DNA from: Octopus sinensis
Taxonomy: Eukaryota
Assembly (NCBI RefSeq): GCF_006345805.1
Contig: NC_043008.1
Location: 26,784,001 to 26,848,000, forward strand
Reading direction: 5' to 3'
DNA: 64,000 nt
Each line of letters starts with the position of its first letter. Within the stretch, counting starts at the first letter, position 1. The notes under the pieces were generated by a model. That model saw only the letters and a program-made list of their open reading frames with translations. It was not told the origin of the DNA and searched no databases. Below, in pieces: positions 62,691 to 64,000 of this stretch. Position numbers and translations under genes: made by a program.

Positions 62691-64000
62691 ATGCTATTTA
62701 TATATATATATATATATCCATGTGTGTGTATTCTCTATCTAACTTTCTATCTCTCTTTCTTTCTATTCACTTACCTTTTTATTGGTTTCTTTGACTACCA
62801 TTTCATATCATAACTCTCTTTGCATCTCTTTTTAGGTATCTTCCTTTCCAAGTTTGTATCCACAATATTATGCATATCATATATACTACACAATTTGTGT
62901 TGAGAGAAAAAATTCTTTTCATAGACACTATGGGTGTAAACACACCACCAAGTTGTAAGTGACATCACCTAATCATAGGACATGTGTTCCTGTCTTGGTA
63001 CATTTCATCAGCTACATATATAATAAGCCACACTTCATGGCCACTAAGATCTGGTTGCTCTTGTATTAGAATATCAAACGGTGCCATTTCTGATGTATGT
63101 AAAGATTTGTCAGGCTGTAATATAGGAATTAGACATGTACTACACAACATTAACTGAAAACTAGTTATGTACAGTCATACTGAGCATACAAGCTGTATCA
63201 AGAAAATAAATGTTTGTCTTTCCATGTCTGAATGTATGTGAAATGTTAAATATGACTTAACTATATTTCATTCAACACTATTTTGTGCACATCTGATAAA
63301 TATATTCTAGCTAGACAAAGCTTTTGCAGATTAGCAAATATATCCTTTGCTATACTAATATACGAGGGAACAGCTATTAGTGGTCATGAATGATGGCACA
63401 TGTAGCTGAATAAGTGTAGCAACACAAAAACACATGCTTCCTATGGTCTGGTGACATCATTCATGGCGTAGTAGTATGTTTACACTCATATTGTCTTTAA
63501 AGAGGATTTCTTCTTTCAGGACAGCATGCGCAACATATTGTCCTTCCATGTCCAAATGTTCACACACATTAAGTATGACTGTACATAGTAAATAATCATG
63601 TTTCATTCATAGGTGTTTAGTGTGCATCAAATTAACGTACAGAGATACACGTATATGTGAAAGATGGAGAGAGAGAGAGAGAAAGAGAGAGAGAGAAAAT
63701 GAATAGTTGAATGAAAAAGAAGTTGTAAAAAGGATATTTGAAGAGTAAGAAGTAGGTTGTGTGCCGTTTATTGGAAAATAGAAGCAGGAGATTCTAAGAA
63801 AAAAGTCAGAAATAAGTTAGAGCGTAAAAGTGATGTCATGAAGACGAGTGAAAGAAAGAGATTGAATGAGTGACTGTGTATGAATGAAAGAAGCAATTAT
63901 GATGGATAGAAGGAAGTACAAGAAGGTGTAGAAAATACAGTATTGTCCATTATAGGGAAGATTACAAAGAAAGAATAAAAAGAGATAAAAATAAATCAAA

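Noticed and set aside
63361-63400. TACGAGGG mariner-like TIR start
   Set aside because: No matching right TIR or transposase in the remaining sequence.

Overview
AT-rich, repeat-saturated eukaryotic DNA with no host gene I can recognise. It is probably intergenic or intronic octopus (coleoid cephalopod) DNA; that assignment is my recognition of the SINE families, not a search result. All recognisable coding sequence is transposon-derived. It includes a decayed Mag-like Gypsy provirus with both LTRs (48492-54584) split by a non-autonomous Helitron, and several Penelope-like elements (PLEs), one nearly intact Neptune-type copy at 54595-56784. It also includes HERO-like and R4/Dong-like non-LTR elements, a mariner, a DD37D maT element, MITEs, a second Helitron, about 15 SINEs and many microsatellites. 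Two themes stand out. First, there are three distinct minimal hammerhead-ribozyme families in PLE termini: one with a shared non-canonical CUGU-N-GA core, one with a U3-A8 core, and one downstream of a tRNA-like Pol III cassette. A possible HDV-like fold is also present at 61.0 kb. Second, the window is dense in fold-back (inverted) duplications. Coordinates, alignments and identities were read by eye and need computational confirmation.
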